DNA of 64,000 bases from an uncultured Flammeovirgaceae bacterium (GCA_937884755.1 CAKZYJ010000469.1:7666-71665), one strand, 5' to 3'; counted from the first letter of the stretch, positions 8,714 through 21,506 are shown. Notes: generated from the letters alone by a model not told the origin. A program made the numbers and translations.

Positions 8714-10819
8714 TTCAACTTTCTCCAACTCCTCGCGGGTAACGCGGAAAAACTCCTTGTGGATGTCGAATGCTGCCTCTTTCCCTCTTTCCCGTACCTG
8801 GTAACTACCGTCTTCCTGCATTAGGTAGGTGTTTACATTATCTCGTAAATTATACCCCAGAATATTCATCATCTGTTTTTTCACTGTAGGATTTACGGCC
8901 AGAAACAATGATTCCAGTCTTCGGTCAAAGCTGCGCACCATTACGTCAGCGCTGCCACTGTAGATTTTAGGTTCGTTATTATTGTGGAAGTAGTAGATAC
9001 GGGAGTGTTCTAGAAAATCCCCCACAATGGAGCGCACCGATATATTTTCGCTTAGCTCTGCGCGCCCAGGACGCAGGCAGCAGATACCCCGGACAATTAG
9101 TTTAATTGGTACTCCAGCCTGAGAGGCTTTATATAGTTCACTGATCACCTCCCGATCTTCTAGCGAGTTTATTTTGATGGCGATACCCGAAGACAGTCCT
9201 TCTTGGGCATTCTTCGCCTCTTGACGAATAAGAGTAACTAATTGCTCCCGCATATCACGTGGGGCCGTAATCAGGTACTGATAATCGGTAGGAGAAGAAT
9301 GACCGGTGATTACGTTAAAGAACTCCGACACATCGTGAGCGTATACTTCATTGGTACTTAACAATCCTAAGTCAGTATAAAGCTTGGCCGTTTGCTCGTT
9401 ATAGTTACCGCTCGACATGTGCACATAGCGCGTCACTTGCTTACCGTCCTTCCGAACGATCAATAATAACTTGGTATGGGTTTTTATACTGCTTACACCG
9501 TAAATCACGAAACAGCCCGCTTTATGTAGTCGCTGGGCTTCTCGCATATTGTTTTCTTCGTCGAAGCGGGCTTTCAGTTCAAATAGTACTGATACGTGCT
9601 TACCGTTTTCGGCTGCTTTAAGCAGGGCCGCCGTAATCCGCGATTCGGAGGCTAGCCGGTAAATAGTCAGTTTAATTGCTAGTACGTCCGGATCTTCGGC
9701 TGATTTTTCAATCAGGTCGAGCAAAGGCTCAATATCGTTGTAGGGATGGTGTAGCAGAATATCGCGGTGCTTTAGCACTTCAAATATGTCTTCGTTACCC
9801 ATTTCAGGGTAGGTGACCGGTGGTACCGGGGGACTAGGCTTGGGAGCCCGGTTCCGGAAGTCGGGATGTTTTACAATCTGCCAGAGTGAAGTGAAATCCA
9901 TCAAGCCACCCGGCTCTACTTCAAATAGATTATCCTTATCAATACTCCAGCGGTTAATGAGTTGCCGCATCATCCAGCTACTGTAGCCGTTTTCGGCTTC
10001 TATACGCACTACTCGCCCGGTTTTGCGGGTTTTAAGCTTTCGCCGTACTTCCTCCACAAATGAAGATTCCAGGTCGTCACTCTCATCTAGCGTAAAGTCT
10101 CCGTTACGGGTAATCCGAAACAGGTTGACCGACTGGATATTTATATTGCGGAACAAACGATGGATATACGCTCGAACAATCTCTTCGATGGGAATAAATA
10201 CAATATGATCCTCTTCATCAATTTCGTAGAAGCGAGGCAGGTTCTGAGGAATCTGAACGAAGGATAGTTTCTTATTATCTTTCTTATCGTTAGGATCGCG
10301 GGTCACTATCCCAAAGATCAACAGTTTGTTCATCAGTGTTGGGAAGGCATGGTAACTATCGTAGGTCATAGGAGTAAGCATAGGATAGATAGTCACATTA
10401 AAGTACTCCTCCAGATTCTGCCGTTGTTTGTCTGATAGTTTAGTGAGGTCTTTTACAATGCTGAAGTGGTTCTTCTCAAACTGAGGCACCAATTTCTCGG
10501 TGTAGTACTGGTTCTGCTCCTGAAAGAATTGCTGAGTTTCTTGTAATAATTTTTTCCGAAATGGCTTCTCGCGCAATCCAGAGTAGTCAATTCGCTCTTT
10601 ACCGTAATCAATGTAGTTATATAGACTACCTATCCGAATCATAAAAAATTCGTCTAGATTGGAAGAGGTTATAGCTAAAAATTTCAGTTTCTCAAAAATC
10701 TTTCTAGATGGTTTCTTCACCTGATCGAGCACACGATAGTTGAATTTTAGCCAACTCAGATCGCGGCTGATAAAATCACTGGTAGCAATGGAAGAGGATA
10801 CTCGGTCTTTTACTAACAT
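8705..10819 (-). CDS. ppk1: polyphosphate kinase 1
   Basis: Motifs SRDLSWLKFNYRVL, SSNLDEFFMIR, LLHHPY, ELKARFDEENN, SGNYN and SIVGDFLEHSR. Confidence 0.97.
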   Translation of the reverse strand: MLVKDRVSSSIATSDFISRDLSWLKFNYRVLDQVKKPSRKIFEKLKFLAITSSNLDEFFMIRIGSLYNYIDYGKERIDYSGLREKPFRKKLLQETQQFFQEQNQYYTEKLVPQFEKNHFSIVKDLTKLSDKQRQNLEEYFNVTIYPMLTPMTYDSYHAFPTLMNKLLIFGIVTRDPNDKKDNKKLSFVQIPQNLPRFYEIDEEDHIVFIPIEEIVRAYIHRLFRNINIQSVNLFRITRNGDFTLDESDDLESSFVEEVRRKLKTRKTGRVVRIEAENGYSSWMMRQLINRWSIDKDNLFEVEPGGLMDFTSLWQIVKHPDFRNRAPKPSPPVPPVTYPEMGNEDIFEVLKHRDILLHHPYNDIEPLLDLIEKSAEDPDVLAIKLTIYRLASESRITAALLKAAENGKHVSVLFELKARFDEENNMREAQRLHKAGCFVIYGVSSIKTHTKLLLIVRKDGKQVTRYVHMSSGNYNEQTAKLYTDLGLLSTNEVYAHDVSEFFNVITGHSSPTDYQYLITAPRDMREQLVTLIRQEAKNAQEGLSSGIAIKINSLEDREVISELYKASQAGVPIKLIVRGICCLRPGRAELSENISVRSIVGDFLEHSRIYYFHNNNEPKIYSGSADVMVRSFDRRLESLFLAVNPTVKKQMMNILGYNLRDNVNTYLMQEDGSYQVRERGKEAAFDIHKEFFRVTREELEKVELF

Positions 10820-10891
10820 ATACGTCGATGGGTTTGCTGTCTACAGTACTAACTTACCCACTACAGCCTCAGTTTGCAAAAAATACCAAGG

Positions 10892-10931
10892 TTGAAAAAC
10901 AAAAAAGCTATCCACCTTAGACAGATAGCTT
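10892..10931 (-). terminator. intrinsic terminator downstream of gyrB
   Basis: 8-bp stem AAGCTATC/GATAGCTT (10905-10931) followed by a T-rich tract on the minus strand. Confidence 0.6.
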
Positions 10932-11004
10932 CTTGTAAAGTTTAAATAAGTTTATTCTAAAATCACCGAGTTACCAGTCAATCCCTTTCGACTTCTATGT
11001 CACC

Positions 11005-13029
<2,025 letters not shown>

Positions 13030-13125
13030 CTACTCGCTTTTCGATCATAAAAGCAAAGCTAACTGAAGGGGTAGCGTGAAATTATCTAAGTATCTGATTT
13101 TCAGCAAGAAAACAAAAATATAGTC

Positions 13126-13500
13126 TTAGTAAGTTCCTGACCGGAGCATTACCAAAGTGCAGTCCTGAATAGCCTCGATATTCTGATCCTCAATAAGCTG
13201 ATAGAACTCAGGATTTTCGGTACCCGGATTAAAAATAAAACGGTTGGGTCGAAGGCTGAGTAAATATTCGTACCACTCGGGCTGATGCTGGGGACCCAGG
13301 TACAGTGTAACAGTATCTATGTCTTCTAAATTAGGTTTTTGACGCAAATCTATTAGATCTACTCCCGCTACGGAACCTCGCTTGATACTGAGCGGTACTA
13401 TCGGATGACCGTAATCGGTCAGCATGCGGGCGGCAATAAAAGCAGAGCGAGTTGGATTAGGAGTGGCTCCGATAATAGCAGTCTTCTTCATATCTGGCAT
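13126..13500 (-). CDS. CoA-binding (YccU-like) protein
   Basis: Motifs IIGAT.NP.R.A, TVTLYLGP..Q, FIFNPGTEN and CTLVML. Confidence 0.9.
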   Translation of the reverse strand: MPDMKKTAIIGATPNPTRSAFIAARMLTDYGHPIVPLSIKRGSVAGVDLIDLRQKPNLEDIDTVTLYLGPQHQPEWYEYLLSLRPNRFIFNPGTENPEFYQLIEDQNIEAIQDCTLVMLRSGTY

Positions 13501-13629
13501 GGTTCTTTACTCAATGGCTCAATTGTTTGATGATTATTAGTTCACAGTCACTGGTCAGATTTCTTAATTTCAATGAATATCTGATTTTTACCCGAAATTT
13601 CGAACTTCCAGCCTTTAACTTCTACCCAC

Positions 13630-15525
13630 TTAGAATACATAACCGATGGTGGTGCCCACGTAAAAGGGAACGTGAAGGCGTGACTGATCAATCTGATTCA
13701 TGACGCTATCGTGCAACGGTTCTGGTTCGTACTGGGGGTTGACTACCCGATAGCCAATACCTACTCCCAAGAACAAATCGAAGGTAAGTCCCCGGCCCAC
13801 TTTATCCTTAGCTGCCCGGGGCTGTATCAAATCCGCATCCTTCATAAGTCTGGTACCTGCCAACAACGAATAGGAAAACGATTGCTCTTTAGATAGCAAA
13901 GTAGTTTGAGGAATTTCGGTGGGTTGTCCATCACCATCCAGTTCAGCAACATTAGCATAGTGGTACAGGTAATCCAACCCCAATTGATGTCCGAAATAAA
14001 ACATGCCGGAACGGGTATCGTCGTGGTAAAATTTCTGTTTGATGTTCACAAAGAACCCTCGCCGGTATGGTGCATTAGTTTCAATATCGGAGTCTAGCGA
14101 GAAAAACGGATCACGAAACACCCCCACTTCCAACTCATGACCTAGTCTCTCCTGAATGTAGTACTCTAAGCTAATTGGTAGCCGATGTACCAGTAGGGCT
14201 ACTGGGTTTACGCCTAAAATAAATCGTTTCATCTCATTGATCTTGGGCGAAAAGTAGCGCAGGCTTTTCTTTTTTCGGTATAGATAGTTAGGATTACGAA
14301 TAGCTACCTCGACAGTATCCTTTTTTACCGATTGACCTTCGTTGTCTATGGCTTGAAATACTGGCTGATCATTCTCATACACACTTTGGTAGTATCCGGC
14401 TAGTTGACCATCGGGTTGATAAAGTTCCCAAACCCCTACTCGTTCGCCATCTTTCACTGTACCTTTCATTTTTTTCGCCCCGTCTCGGTAGTAGCCTACG
14501 TAGATTCCTTTACCATCGGTAAATGCAGCTTCTCCCTCTAAAGCACCATCCTGGTAGAAGTACTGCCACTTGCCCTGCCGCACCCCGTTGACGAGCTTTC
14601 CTTCCACTTTTGGCGTACCGTCCGAGTAGAATTCCCGATACACTCCCTCTCCGTGATTGAAAACTGCTTCACCTTTAAAGTCGCCGTTGCTGTGGTAGAG
14701 TTTCCAGTAGCCTTCCCGTACTCCGTCACGTTCGGCTCCTTCGGCGCTGATATTGCCGTTTTCGTAGTAGTAAGTCCACTTTCCTACCGATGAACCGTCT
14801 AGAAACTCACCCAGTGATGAGAGTCGCCCGTTAGAGTAGTAGAACTTCCAGGGACCTTGCTGCTGCCCCTGTTCATACTGGCCTTCGGCCTGTAGCTGCC
14901 CATTTTCGTAGTAATGTTTCCATCTGCCCTGCCGCTGCCCTAGCACCTCGGTACCTTGCAGTCGGGTTTGCCCCGAGGCGTAGAACTCCTGATATTGGGT
15001 AGAATCTCCCTGGTAGGTAGCTTTTATTTTCAATGGCCCTCCTTCGTAGTACTCCTGCCATAGTCCGGCCTTCCTTCCTTGATCAAAGACACCTTCACTC
15101 TTTAAAGCCCCGTTTTCGTAGTAGAATATCCAGGGGCCTTTACGCTGACTACCAGCCACTACGCCTCTCATCTCCAGCCTACCGTTTTCGTAGAAATACT
15201 CCCATTCTCCTTGATTCTGACCATTACTTAGTTCGCCCCGCATTTTAGGCTGGCCATTTTCGTAGAAGTATTCCCAGTAGCCGTTGGGCTGATTTTGTTC
15301 ATAGGTGCCTCGGGTCTTAACGGAGCCATCGTAGAAAAACTCAGTGTAATTACCTTCCAACACCGAAGGGTTGTTGGGGTCCACCTGAAAGGTTTCTTTG
15401 GGAATTTGCTCCGCCTGATCGTAGTACAGGGTGATAGTTTGCTGGCCCCAACTCATGAGCGGTAGCAAAGAAGTCAGAAGCATTATAATGCTCCCTAAAG
15501 TACCGGTGTACCACCCACGTTTCAT
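13630..15525 (-). CDS. exported MORN-variant repeat protein with a C-terminal beta-barrel-like domain
   Basis: Signal peptide, more than 12 repeats of G.W.yYYENG.l..eG, and a C-terminus of amphipathic strands ending GTTIGYVF. Confidence 0.8.
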   Translation of the reverse strand: MKRGWYTGTLGSIIMLLTSLLPLMSWGQQTITLYYDQAEQIPKETFQVDPNNPSVLEGNYTEFFYDGSVKTRGTYEQNQPNGYWEYFYENGQPKMRGELSNGQNQGEWEYFYENGRLEMRGVVAGSQRKGPWIFYYENGALKSEGVFDQGRKAGLWQEYYEGGPLKIKATYQGDSTQYQEFYASGQTRLQGTEVLGQRQGRWKHYYENGQLQAEGQYEQGQQQGPWKFYYSNGRLSSLGEFLDGSSVGKWTYYYENGNISAEGAERDGVREGYWKLYHSNGDFKGEAVFNHGEGVYREFYSDGTPKVEGKLVNGVRQGKWQYFYQDGALEGEAAFTDGKGIYVGYYRDGAKKMKGTVKDGERVGVWELYQPDGQLAGYYQSVYENDQPVFQAIDNEGQSVKKDTVEVAIRNPNYLYRKKKSLRYFSPKINEMKRFILGVNPVALLVHRLPISLEYYIQERLGHELEVGVFRDPFFSLDSDIETNAPYRRGFFVNIKQKFYHDDTRSGMFYFGHQLGLDYLYHYANVAELDGDGQPTEIPQTTLLSKEQSFSYSLLAGTRLMKDADLIQPRAAKDKVGRGLTFDLFLGVGIGYRVVNPQYEPEPLHDSVMNQIDQSRLHVPFYVGTTIGYVF

Positions 15526-15682
15526 TATTCGCCGTTTTTACTAAGATAGCCGGTGTTTTTTGAAAGTACCAACCTCGGGCAGCGGATACCTGGCTATCGC
15601 TGTTATTTATGATTTCTGTCGAAACGCCAAAATTGACAAAAAAATTGGTAGAGTTAGCAGGAAAAGCAATTAGAAACCTACA

Positions 15683-16336
15683 TCAGTGCATACGGTCAGG
15701 ACGTACTTCCAGGTTTTTGATAATATCGGCTTCAATCTCCAGAAATTCGTTCCAGCGGGCTTTTACTACGTCTTCGGGCATATATTCCTTGGCGAGCTTA
15801 ATAAACGTAACGTAGTGTCCGGCTTCCGAAGCCATCAGGTTGTAGTAAAAGGCTTTAAGCTCTTCATCAGCCAGATTCTTCCAAAGTATCTTAAATCGCT
15901 CACAACTGCGGGCTTCAATCATGGCGTTAATCAGCAGTTTATCCATCAACTGCCGTTCAATCGGACCACCCTTGCGCTCGTGTTTGGCTAGTTTTACTAC
16001 GTACTCATCAGTGCGGGTGCGCCCTAATGTAAAGCCTCGCTTACGAATCTGCGCTACTACGCGCTGAAAGTGCTCCCACTCTTCGGCTACAATGGGCGAA
16101 AGCACATCTACTAATTTCTGACGGTCAGAAAACTGCACAATCAGCGAGATACAGGAAGAAGCAGCTTTTTGTTCGCAGTAGGCGTGGTCTACCAGAATTT
16201 CTTCCAGATTCTCATCCGCCATCGCTACCCAGCGCGGATCAGTTGGCAGCTTTAGTTTAAGGATAGTATCTTTCTCGGCAATCATAGTGTAATTAACAAC
16301 AAATTGAACAGACGAATTTACAAAAAAATAAGTCAC
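15683..16336 (-). CDS. miaE: tRNA-(ms2io6A)-hydroxylase, MiaE family
   Basis: Ferritin-like ligand motifs DHAYCEQKAA, EEWEHF, IEARSCERF and SEAGHY. Confidence 0.9.
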   Translation of the reverse strand: MTYFFVNSSVQFVVNYTMIAEKDTILKLKLPTDPRWVAMADENLEEILVDHAYCEQKAASSCISLIVQFSDRQKLVDVLSPIVAEEWEHFQRVVAQIRKRGFTLGRTRTDEYVVKLAKHERKGGPIERQLMDKLLINAMIEARSCERFKILWKNLADEELKAFYYNLMASEAGHYVTFIKLAKEYMPEDVVKARWNEFLEIEADIIKNLEVRPDRMH

Positions 16337-16419
16337 TCCTCAGCAACGAGGCGATAATCGGTAGCGCCGAAGAAGTAAGACAAACTATATTTGAAGAAAA
16401 TACCAAAGAGCCAGCCATA

Positions 16420-16932
16420 ATGTCCTTAGAAATATCAGCCTACCGTAGCGCTCAGTACAAGATTTACAGCCTGGGAAAGGCTGGAGAAAAGTATTTATCA
16501 TCACTGATCCGCGTTTTCCTGTTCACCGTTTTCGTCATTCAGACTGGTTATGGGCAAACCCAGCTACATTCTTCACTACAAAGAGCCGAACGTACCCGAT
16601 TTGATGCTATGATCAGTGCGGATACCGCGACCTTGCGAAAGGTACTTCATCCGGAACTGCTGTTTATTCATAGTAACGGGCTGGAAGAGTCCGCCGATGG
16701 TATGGTCGCCAGCGTAGCCTCGGGTACTATTGTTTATCAGGCATTTGAACCTCAACAGCCTCCGGGGGTACAGATCTTAGGTAAAACTGCTTTGGTAGAT
16801 GGTTTGGTGCGGGTAAAGGGACTATACCGGGGAACCGAGTTCGCAGTAAACCTGCGCTATACCAGCGTATACCGCAAAGTACGCGGGCAATGGATGCTGA
16901 TTAGATGGCAGTCAACGAAAATAGAACGCTAA
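16420..16932 (+). CDS. NTF2-like / DUF4440 exported protein
   Basis: Motifs AMISAD...L..VLHPEL.FIHSNG and YTSVY....GQWMLI.WQST. The true start is probably downstream of the called one. Confidence 0.75.
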   Translation: MSLEISAYRSAQYKIYSLGKAGEKYLSSLIRVFLFTVFVIQTGYGQTQLHSSLQRAERTRFDAMISADTATLRKVLHPELLFIHSNGLEESADGMVASVASGTIVYQAFEPQQPPGVQILGKTALVDGLVRVKGLYRGTEFAVNLRYTSVYRKVRGQWMLIRWQSTKIER

Positions 16933-17005
16933 TTGAAAATTAATAATTGACAGTTGAGAAGTAACTAACGTCTCTTCCCACTGAGCTTTCTTGGCTCTTA
17001 AATGA

Positions 17006-18289
17006 TCATCGGTACAACTGCTGATAAACAGCCCGGTTGGTTTTAACCACTTGTTCGGTTACAGTAGCGTACGGATTTCCGTCTATGTCCAGTAGCCCCT
17101 GCTTAAGCAGCGTTCGCAGGGGGTCGTAGCGGCTACGGTACTGACATTTGAGGTACCCAATAATGTAGGGTTGGCTTACTACTTGCTTGAGGTATTCATC
17201 GTAAAAACCGGCGGCCTTTTCTTGGGAATGAATCTGGTGCCACAGGGTGCGCGGATACTCCGATGTATGAAATGATATGCCGTGATCCATAATCATTACG
17301 GGTTTGCCCGTTAGTTCGTACAAGTTCTTCCAGTACGCTGGATCAAATGCTGATTCGTCAGGGCCTTGCCCGGCATCGGGGCCGGTAGTAGGACCGGGTT
17401 GGATGGAGATGATGTCGAAGTATTTACCGGCCAATTTAAGAATCTCTTCAGGATGATCGTGCATTTTATATTTCTCACTTAGCAACAGTGCTCCTGGATG
17501 ATGCTGGTCAAAGTATTCGCGGGTAAGTTGGTAGATCTTTTCGGCAATGATAGCCAGAAACGCTTCATCATCCTGACGAATAGCCGGACGGGTTAGCTCT
17601 TAATTTTTGAAACTATAGTGATGCAAATCGTCAAAGGAGTTCACGCTTTCCAGGCGGTAAGCAGTTTTAAATTTACTAAAGTCATCCTTATACCTTTCCC
17701 GTAAAAAGTCTACGTAGCGCTTTTTTCCCGCTGCTTCAGGTCCCAGTTGCCGAATAGAAGAAACCCAGTCGGTGCCCCGCCGGGCGCGGACAATATCCAA
17801 ATCGTAGCGAGGAGTATCCGTAAGCGAGTAACCGATCACCCGGGTATTATCTTTTCCTACCAGGCACTTTTCCCGGATCAGTTGTTCGGTCTGTTCGGCA
17901 AACTCCTCGCTAAATACATCAGTGAAACCAAACCGATCAGCGGGTAGCCAGTGAGGAGCATCGTGCAAACGTACGCTGATAAAGCCGGGGAATTCTTCAA
18001 TTACCGGTACGGGAGCACCGTAGCCGCTGGAGTTGAAGTTCCACTGAGCTAGGTTACCGCGAACTTGCTGTTGGTCATCGTCCGTATCAATATGGTTAAT
18101 ACCCAGTACGTACATCGCATTCCCTTCGGGAGTAATAAACCACTCGCGACCATCAATACGATCAGTATGCCACTGTCCGGTTTCGGTACCTTCCAACCCA
18201 GTATAACCTCCGTACTGGTCTAATGACTGCGCAGAGAGGCTAGTAGTTAGTAGGAGAAAAAAGAAAAAATAGCCAATATTCTTAAACAC
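17006..18289 (-). pseudogene. exported agarase-like (GH-A clan) glycoside hydrolase with an in-frame TAA at 17600-17602
   Basis: 17600..18289 and 17006..17485 are in one frame and the 38 intervening codons are open (ELTRPAIRQDDEAFLAIIAEKIYQ...). Motifs WFITPEG..LGINH, IGYSLTD.P and GLLD.DG.PY. Confidence 0.7.
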
Positions 18290-18328
18290 AATTTTTCAAA
18301 GGTTGGAGTTTACCTAAGTAAGCAAAAA

Positions 18329-19402
18329 TCAGCCATTTATCCTCTTCACCCCCAACCCCGGTTGATCAGTAAGGCTCATCATACCATCCTTTAGTTCAAA
18401 ACCTCCGGTGACCACATCACGGGCCAGATCAAGACTACCGTCCAGGTCCAGGTACTTGGTGTTACTGGTGGCCAGGGCCAAGTGCAAGGCCGCGGTAATG
18501 CTAATGCGGCTTTCGTCGTTGCAGCCCCACATCAGATCTACCTGAGCGTTTTTGGCGATATTGGCAATTTCGCGGGCGTGGCCAATACCCCCGCACTTCA
18601 TCAGCTTAATATTAAAAATACCCGACGCTCGAGGGGTGCAGGTAAGCCAGTGAGCGTGCTCAGGGGTCACCAGCGACTCGTCCATGGCTACCATATCCTT
18701 AATTTCGGTGGGCAAATGCCGGGAATCGTCTACCGCATCGGCCGCCAGCGGTTGCTCAATAAGCTCAATGTTAGGCCCGAAGGTAGCGTAGTAGAAATCT
18801 TCCAGTTGCAGCATGGTGTAGCCCTGGTTAGCGTCTACCCGAATGATAATGTCTTTGCCCACTCGCTCCCGCAGTTTTTTTAGCCGTTCAATATCCTCGG
18901 CCATTGATTTGCCCAGCTTCACTTTTAAAATCTTAAAACCCCGTCCCACGTATTCGTCGGCTTCGGCTAGGGTTTCTTCCGTGTTCTTGATACCGATAGT
19001 AATGGATGTAGGCAACGACTGGTGCTTCTGCCCCAGAAACTTTACCAGAGGAATTTCGAGCTGCTGGGCAAATAGGTCGTGCAGGGCAATATCCAGTGCG
19101 GCGCAGGCTCCCGGTTGCTTAGCAAAGCGATACTGGGCTTCGTACACCGACTGATGAAGTTCTCGAATATCTTGGCCGATCAGCCACTCGGTGTTTTCTT
19201 CACTGAGGGCGGCTACGGTATCGTCTGCATCTACTCCTAATACGTGTTTACTGGGATTGGCCGCTCCGTAGCCGATCTTACCCGAATCGGTTTCAATCTC
19301 TACAATGCAGTTGCTCACCGAATCTACCGTTTTGTAAGCAATAGTGTACGGGCGAGTAAGTTCCAGGTCTTCTTTACGAACGTGAACGGCTTTGATTTTC
19401 AT
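18329..19402 (-). CDS. L-Ala-D/L-Glu epimerase-like (enolase superfamily; DgcA-like)
   Basis: Motifs KVKLG, RVDANQG, IEQP, MDES, NIKLMKCGG and LDLDG. Confidence 0.9.
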   Translation of the reverse strand: MKIKAVHVRKEDLELTRPYTIAYKTVDSVSNCIVEIETDSGKIGYGAANPSKHVLGVDADDTVAALSEENTEWLIGQDIRELHQSVYEAQYRFAKQPGACAALDIALHDLFAQQLEIPLVKFLGQKHQSLPTSITIGIKNTEETLAEADEYVGRGFKILKVKLGKSMAEDIERLKKLRERVGKDIIIRVDANQGYTMLQLEDFYYATFGPNIELIEQPLAADAVDDSRHLPTEIKDMVAMDESLVTPEHAHWLTCTPRASGIFNIKLMKCGGIGHAREIANIAKNAQVDLMWGCNDESRISITAALHLALATSNTKYLDLDGSLDLARDVVTGGFELKDGMMSLTDQPGLGVKRING

Positions 19403-20451
19403 AGTAGTGGGTGTAGGTTGTTTATTAATTCGGAAAAGTCGTCGTATAGCGGCAGTAGCGTGACAATGCCCAGCTCCTGTTGGTAGCGTTGCTGGTACTG
19501 CCGGGCTTCATCCAGGCTTAGGCTTTCGGTATTCAGCGTGAGGCCGATCACTTCGGAGCCATACATCTGGATGAGTTCGATCTCGCTCTCCAACGAGGGA
19601 ATTTCGGCTTTCAGGTGTTCGTAGCCGCTGAAGTATTTCCGACCTGGCGCGTGTTGTAGCACTACCTGCTTGGCCTGGCCGGATACCAGAAACTCGGAAC
19701 CACCCGGTCCGCCGGGGTTGCGTAGTGAACTTTGGCCTTCCAACAATATTACTTGGGGCTTTGCCTCACGATAGCACTGCACGATAGCCGCTTCAATCTC
19801 ACCCGAGATAAAATCGTTTAGTGTAGAATCAAAGATAAATCCGAAGCGGTTGTCCTGCATCCAGCCGGTCTGTCCGGTATAAATCATCTCGGTTTTTATG
19901 TCGGCCTGTCGCAGTGCGTGTAAAAACAGACGGGTGGTGGTTCGTTTACCTAGATTACAATCGGTGCCCAGCACGGCAATTTTAAGTGCCGGAACGCCGT
20001 AGATGTCGCCTTCCCAGAAGTGCAATTGCTCCTTGGGCTTATCCCGGCGAATGTCAGTAATAGTTACCCCATTGTTCTCCGCCAGACGGGCTAGTTCGGG
20101 AATATCGTTCATGAACTCGTGCAGCCCATTTACGATGTGTAGTTTACTGTTCAGCGCTTCTTGCACAGTCTCAATCATACCCGGAGGAATTTTGCCGCCA
20201 TGTCCGGCTACCCCCACCAAACAATAACTAACCGGCTCATCAAGCTGACTCAGGCATTCAGAAAGTGAGGCGAAAATGGGAATAGGGCGAGGGGCTTGAG
20301 AGACAATATCCCGCACATCGCGCCCGGCCGAAACATGGTCAATAATACCTAGAATCTGATAGCGAGAGGTGTCCCTTACCAGCCCGTGGGCGGTTTTGGC
20401 CTCGTCAGTGTACAACAAGCCGTGGGTGATGATAATAGCGTTTTGGTTCAT
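19399..20451 (-). CDS. DUF1611 family protein (DgcN-like N-acetyltransferase)
   Basis: Motifs AKTAHGL, GTDCNLGKRTT, TGQTG and EGQSSL. Overlaps the epimerase gene by 4 bp. Confidence 0.85.
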   Translation of the reverse strand: MNQNAIIITHGLLYTDEAKTAHGLVRDTSRYQILGIIDHVSAGRDVRDIVSQAPRPIPIFASLSECLSQLDEPVSYCLVGVAGHGGKIPPGMIETVQEALNSKLHIVNGLHEFMNDIPELARLAENNGVTITDIRRDKPKEQLHFWEGDIYGVPALKIAVLGTDCNLGKRTTTRLFLHALRQADIKTEMIYTGQTGWMQDNRFGFIFDSTLNDFISGEIEAAIVQCYREAKPQVILLEGQSSLRNPGGPGGSEFLVSGQAKQVVLQHAPGRKYFSGYEHLKAEIPSLESEIELIQMYGSEVIGLTLNTESLSLDEARQYQQRYQQELGIVTLLPLYDDFSELINNLHPLL

Positions 20452-20654
20452 AGGGTAGAAGTAGTGAATTGCATATTTACTGAAAATCAGCAGAAATTAG
20501 AAAAAAGGGGCGGTAAGAAGATACTAATCTCTTTTAGTACTATCAGAATATTTAGCTAGTGATTGAGCAAAATGGCAGAAAAAAGTCTCGGGATTTTACG
20601 AGTGGTTTACTATATTAATTCAGTAAAACTACATAAGCTAACCTAACTTGCCTT

Positions 20655-21506
20655 ATGAGCGGAAAAGTAATTCTTGTGCTATTGACATTCCTTGTGTGGT
20701 CAGTAATCAGTTGGCGATGGTATACCTGCGGAGTGAAAGGGTTTTGTGGAGGAGATGTCGTAGCCGCCGCTGCCGAAGAAGTGCCGACTGACCCTCGGGA
20801 AAACGTTACGGAAACGGCTAATCAATCTGCTTTAGCATTTGCTTGGTCGAGTAGCGACCCCATCACCAGTAATCGGTTTGCCTTCTTGCGTGATTCGCTC
20901 AGCGATGCGGTTGGCGTGAATGAAGCGCTGACCATCACCGGTTACTACACCGAAGAAGAAGAAAATACCACCGATTTTACTAATCTGGGGCTAGCTCGGG
21001 CACAGCAGGTAAAGCAACTACTAGCCGACCGGATGGACACCAGTCAGATAGCGACCGCAGCGGAACTGATTAATTCTACGGAAAAAATGCGCGACTCGCT
21101 GTTTGAGGGGGCTGAATTTTCGGTAGTACCCGTCATCCCTGACGATGCTGAAGTGGTAGAACTAGATGATCGTACTATTATCTATTTCCCCTTTGGCTCA
21201 TCTAACCCTGAGTTGTCCAGCGCAATTAACCAGTACCTAACCCAGTTGGCTGAAAGATTGCAAAATTCGGATGGGACTGTAATCATTACTGGCCATACCG
21301 ATAATGTAGGTGAAGAGCTGCCGAACCGGGAATTGGGAATGAAGCGGGCTAATATTATCAAGGATATTTTGGCGAAGCGGGGTATTCCAGTGGAACGTAT
21401 CAACGCAAAATCTGAGGGCGAAACTCAGCCCATCGCTACTAATGATACTGAATTGGGACGAAAAAAGAATCGAAGAATAGAGCTGATGGTAACGGATAGC
21501 CAATAA
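20655..21506 (+). CDS. membrane-anchored OmpA-like C-terminal domain protein
   Basis: TM helix then WRWYTCGVKGFC; a degenerate first OmpA-like repeat and a canonical second one (ITGHTD, RA, NRRIE). Confidence 0.85.
   Translation: MSGKVILVLLTFLVWSVISWRWYTCGVKGFCGGDVVAAAAEEVPTDPRENVTETANQSALAFAWSSSDPITSNRFAFLRDSLSDAVGVNEALTITGYYTEEEENTTDFTNLGLARAQQVKQLLADRMDTSQIATAAELINSTEKMRDSLFEGAEFSVVPVIPDDAEVVELDDRTIIYFPFGSSNPELSSAINQYLTQLAERLQNSDGTVIITGHTDNVGEELPNRELGMKRANIIKDILAKRGIPVERINAKSEGETQPIATNDTELGRKKNRRIELMVTDSQ

Noticed and set aside
13630-15525. Toxin-antitoxin (YwqK) system
   Set aside because: There is no adjacent toxin; the signal peptide and barrel-like C-terminus point to an envelope protein.
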